Shown: positions 60,529 to 64,000 of the stretch, piece by piece | Position numbering within the stretch: the stretch's first letter is position 1 | Layout of the letters: each line of letters starts with the position of its first letter | Origin: an uncultured Phycisphaerales bacterium | GTDB lineage: Bacteria > Planctomycetota > Phycisphaerae > Tepidisphaerales > Tepidisphaeraceae | Direction of reading: 5' to 3' | NCBI GenBank assembly: GCA_963758525.1 | Contig: CAVWVQ010000003.1 | Span: 4,768,001-4,832,000 of the forward strand | DNA: 64,000 bases | The notes under the pieces: generated by a model | The model's database searches: none | What the model was told of the DNA's origin: nothing | The model's input: the letters and a program-made list of their open reading frames with translations, nothing else | Position numbers and translations under genes: made by a program

Positions 60529-61135
60529 TCACATTTTGCGGCTGCTCGATTCAAGTATCAGAGGTCGATGAAGCATTTTGTAACGCGAACGCTTCTTTGT
60601 TCGGTTAGTAAGCAAATCCTGGAGCGTCCGCGACGCTCTGATCTCGTCCAAAACCACGTGAACGAATTGTGTCCATTCCGCCTTCGTGGCCTTCTCATCA
60701 TTCCACACGCCCATGAAGTCGAAGTAGGCCCCATGCCTGACCAAACGGGCTGGAATCGAGTCCCCGTAGCTGCCGATCAGTATGCCGTACCTCAGATAAG
60801 GATGAACGTGCTTATGCGTGGCGGCCTTGGCACTGTAAGTCAGGGCGTCGTGGGTCGTCACGGATGCCACCTTGCACTCGACGATTACCCGCGGAACCCA
60901 TCCTTCCTTGTCGGACCGCTCGTCGTAAATCAGCAGGTCAGTTTCATAGCGTGATGCCTTTGAATCTGCAGGGGTATCGGCTTCATGCTGGAACCGGTGG
61001 ATTTCGTAGAGATACGGCAGCCTGTATCCGGTTCTCACGCGTGTGCGAATCCCCCGCACGTCCGCGGCGGCCACCGCAGCTTCAAGGATTGGCTGAAGAG
61101 TCTCAACCCACGTCTTTTCGCGGCTGTTGGCCATC
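60529..61135 (-). CDS. PD-(D/E)XK restriction-endonuclease-like protein
   Basis: YETDLLIY...PRVIVECK motif. Confidence 0.7.
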
Positions 61136-61460
61136 GTAAACCAGCCCTTTATTTGCAACCGGTTGAACAGTCGACCATAACACAACAGCTGATACGGGAC
61201 CAATCAACGCCTGGCATGTGGTGGATGGTTGAGATTCGGCGCTCCCCAGCATAGCTGCCTTCTGCCCGGCATATCACAGCGCCCTCGGCGGCGGGCGCAG
61301 AACAGGCAACGGCGCAGTTACTTTTGGCTCACTGACATTGCACGGAACCTCTTGGGGCGTCGCCTGTGGTGCAGGCAGCCACTTGCCCCGATATCACGAT
61401 CCGAACTTCCGTTCGGAGCTAAACCATGCGAAGCCCAATAGTTAAAATGGAAGTCGCGAG

Positions 61461-61590
61461 ATTTTCCGTTCTCTTCCGTACTTCCGTTTCGAACAAAGAT
61501 CGAAACAAACGGAAGTAAACGGAAAAGTCAGGCACTTCCGTTTTAAGTGCTTTATTTCAAGATTGTTGCGATTAAACGGAACTTCGGAAG
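61461..61590. repeat. TTCCGTTT/AAACGGAA inverted-array element, copy 2
   Basis: 61507-61590 aligns without gaps to 16577-16660 (63/84 identical by hand count). Confidence 0.85.
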
Positions 61591-62089
61591 CACGAATGCT
61601 GAAGTGTGCAAGGGGATCGCAGCAGCGCGACCCACGGTTTCGTGTCACGGTGCCGGCGAATCACTGGCGGGGGGGCGTTGGGAACTGGATGCCGCACGAT
61701 GAAAAAGAGCTGGACCGCTTCATCGACACCGCAAAGCATCTGGCCTATGCGACCATCGCAAACTCGATCAACATGAAACGGGCCCTCAGATCTCAGGTGG
61801 AACAAAAACTGAATGCTCTGATCAAGCAGGTGGCGGCCTTGAAGGAACAGCTTGATTGCATGGAAAGAAAAATGAATGCATCAGATCCGGTCACTTCGAG
61901 CCCGCCGTAGATTTTTCACCTGTTTCTCTGCCTATTTGTTGCCGGCATCCTTTTCCCGCTGCCAACCGATTTTCACCGGCGGAAGCCAAACTCTTGGACG
62001 GGTGCGATCTTCAGCGACACGGGCGCCGGCCACAGGGTCACCAGTGAAGGTGTCGTGCCAAATGTGCCAGCGCGACCTGGCCGGTCTTT

Positions 62090-62467
62090 TCACAGTTCCT
62101 GGATGCTTACGCGCAGCGTCTTTCCGCTCGCATCACGAAGTGCGGCGCCGACACGATCTATCAGCACGGCGTCAGAGAGCCCCTCAATGACAGTCTTCGG
62201 GTTATTCTTGCCCTCCATCACCCGCACAATCGCCCTGGTCGTCGATTGGCGGAGGATATCCTCGCGCATCCGCTCTTTAGGTGGTTTTCCTCCGAAGTGC
62301 TCGGTGTATTCCTCTACCGACACGAGGCTGATTTGCTTCGCCTGCGCCCGTGTTGGGAAATAGCCCATTTCATTTGCTTCGCTGATCACCCAGTCATGGA
62401 TACTGCTTCCCATCTGCTGCTCCTTCATGACGTCCCTGCGGTATTTTAGGCATAAGCGCGGGCGCAA
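62090..62467 (-). CDS. Hypothetical protein
   Basis: 125-aa ORF, no recognised motif. Confidence 0.4.
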   Translation of the reverse strand: MRPRLCLKYRRDVMKEQQMGSSIHDWVISEANEMGYFPTRAQAKQISLVSVEEYTEHFGGKPPKERMREDILRQSTTRAIVRVMEGKNNPKTVIEGLSDAVLIDRVGAALRDASGKTLRVSIQEL

Positions 62468-62558
62468 CTCAGGGATTGGAGGTCTGGTATCAGTGGCGGT
62501 TTTTCATATTCTTTTATACCGTTGCATCCGCGAATGAGGGCAGGGATCTGGTGCCAGA

Positions 62559-63455
62559 TTGGATGCGATGGGCTCAACACCGAAATACACCAGCATGGGG
62601 GTTGGCGTTGATCAGTCCGCCGACAGAGAGAGGGCGGTTCGCTGGTTTCGAGAGCTGGCGGCGCAGTTCGACAAATGCCTGGAATTTGCGAGGCAAGAAT
62701 TTGGCAACATCCAGTTTCTTGTTGACCGCAGCACGACCGCGGATGATTTGCAGACGTTTCTGAAACCGGAAGTGCTCAGCGGTTTCGCAGGACAGTCAGA
62801 ATCATATTCCGACCTCTTCGCCGGACTTGCCCCCGGCCAGCCTCTTACGGAGCGAATTCTCGCTCAACTCTGCGGCTTCTATCTGATTCCCGCCGCCGCC
62901 TACCACGTGATCGACGCAGTTCATGCTCGGTTGCTCACGGAGCCCCTGGCGCTCTGCCGCCCGCTGGAGCTACCGGGTTCCGGGCCTGCCCTGGATGACT
63001 CGGCGCGACTCCGGGCGTTCTGGCATTCATTTGTCCTGCCGCAGCTGAAGGCTACCGATTCCGCCTGCTTCCATCTGGACCCGAATGATCCGTGGGCCGC
63101 TGCGTCGGAAAATGCCGCCGCATTTAGGCTGTTTGCAGAGTTGATCGAAGGTGCGGAGGGTCCGGCTCAGGATGAGTCCCCGTCCACGACCAACACAACA
63201 CATGAAGTACCTAGCCCGAACACAGGAATCAGTTCAACGCTCACTCAATCGGCCAAGCCTGACTTGATCGAGAGCGACGAGAGGGTCGCGGCGTACATCC
63301 GTGAGCATCCCGGCTGTCTAGGTAAAGAAATAGCCATCGCAGCCGGGATAAGTTTCGAACACTTCCGCAGGAGCATGGTTCCAAAGCTGAAAAAGCTCGG
63401 CTTTTTCAATAAGAAACCGGGATACTTTCCGCCGCCTGCCGACGCGCAATCCTGA
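62559..63455 (+). CDS. Hypothetical protein with C-terminal winged-HTH
   Basis: VAAYIREHPGCLGKEIAIAAGISFEHFRR..LKKLG; upstream of excisionase-like gene. Confidence 0.6.
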   Translation: MDAMGSTPKYTSMGVGVDQSADRERAVRWFRELAAQFDKCLEFARQEFGNIQFLVDRSTTADDLQTFLKPEVLSGFAGQSESYSDLFAGLAPGQPLTERILAQLCGFYLIPAAAYHVIDAVHARLLTEPLALCRPLELPGSGPALDDSARLRAFWHSFVLPQLKATDSACFHLDPNDPWAAASENAAAFRLFAELIEGAEGPAQDESPSTTNTTHEVPSPNTGISSTLTQSAKPDLIESDERVAAYIREHPGCLGKEIAIAAGISFEHFRRSMVPKLKKLGFFNKKPGYFPPPADAQS

Positions 63456-63460
63456 ATGTA

Positions 63461-63501
63461 GCGCTGCATGCGCGCTACAACGGCGCTGCACTTGCGCTGC
63501 A
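63461..63501. promoter_or_regulatory. Four gcgct(g/a)ca repeats at 11-bp period
   Basis: Copies start at 63461, 63472, 63483, 63494; intergenic. Confidence 0.65.
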
Positions 63502-63649
63502 TACATTTCCCTTCGCCTACCCAAAACTCCGGGCATGGATATATCACCCTGGTGCGTGATCGTGCCGCGTGCTGCTGAGCTTCGCCAGCAGTTCGCGGGA
63601 ATTCCTGCGCGAAGCAAACGCCTTGGTGCATCTGCCGGAGGAGGTGCCT

Positions 63650-63931
63650 ATGCGATCCGTTAGATCGCCGCTCCATTCCCGGAGGCAACTAAACGTTGAG
63701 CCCGGCGTTCATCCTGATGCGCCGCGGCTCGCGTTGCGACCAAGAGATGCCGCCTCTGCCTTGGGGATCTCGCCGCGCCTGCTCTGGAGCTGGACTCACG
63801 ATGGCGACATCCCGTGCATCCGTCGCGGGCGAACCATTCTGTATTCCGTGGATGCATTGCGCGCCTACCTCAATCAGCAAGAGTCGAAACCACAAACGCA
63901 GAAGGAGAATCAAAATGAAAGAGAAGACTAA
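63650..63931 (+). CDS. Excisionase/AlpA-like HTH DNA-binding protein
   Basis: LRPRDAASALGISPRLLW...GDIPCIRRGRTILY; GGAGG RBS. Confidence 0.85.
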   Translation: MRSVRSPLHSRRQLNVEPGVHPDAPRLALRPRDAASALGISPRLLWSWTHDGDIPCIRRGRTILYSVDALRAYLNQQESKPQTQKENQNERED

Positions 63932-64000
63932 AAAAAAGGCCGCCGGGGCAAACGGCGGCCAGGGAAAACATCAACCGAACAAATCATATGCTGGGAGCAA
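63915..64000 (+). CDS. Partial ORF running off the window
   Basis: AAGGAG RBS, ATG 63915, open to end. Confidence 0.45.
   Translation, partial: MKEKTKKKAAGANGGQGKHQPNKSYAGS

Larger units (their letters stand above)
15316..64000. mobile_element. tRNA-integrated genomic island (ICE/prophage-like defence island), right end outside window
   Basis: tRNA 3' fragment at left edge, switch from metabolic to defence/MGE genes, excisionase-like gene at right; cognate integrase not in window. Confidence 0.78.

Overview
GC-rich bacterial DNA, most likely Planctomycetota (Phycisphaerae/Tepidisphaerales-like; inferred from PEP-CTERM, prepilin/H-X9-DG and HYExAFE-like genes). 1-15.2 kb is a host carbohydrate-utilisation locus (LacI regulator, PEP-CTERM protein, 2-hydroxyacid dehydrogenase, prepilin-type protein, Na+/solute symporter, GH5-like/PA14, two GH2, truncated SGNH). 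At 15.3 kb a 20-bp tRNA-Glu-like 3' fragment with its terminator marks the left end of an integrated island that runs past the window end. The island carries a defence cluster: a DUF262+HEPN pair and a six-gene type 2 BREX/Pgl locus (pglW, pglX, pglY, pglZ, brxD, brxHI). pglW and pglY are frameshifted, pglX contains an 8-bp tandem repeat, and two cargo cassettes sit inside the operon (ATL-like/NucS-like/PLD; antisense TIGR04255-like/HicB-like/MBL hydrolase). An HNH nuclease follows. A minus-strand backbone encodes a sigma-like protein, a Cas4/AddB-like nuclease with a premature stop, a WGR-ligase split by a RIT element, a mini-ComM and a DUF1257-DUF2997-AAA-DUF3150-like module. An excisionase-like gene lies at the right edge. 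Two homologous non-coding AAACGGAA-array elements (16.5 and 61.5 kb) bracket about 45 kb of this cargo. All family calls are from motif recognition, not database searches.
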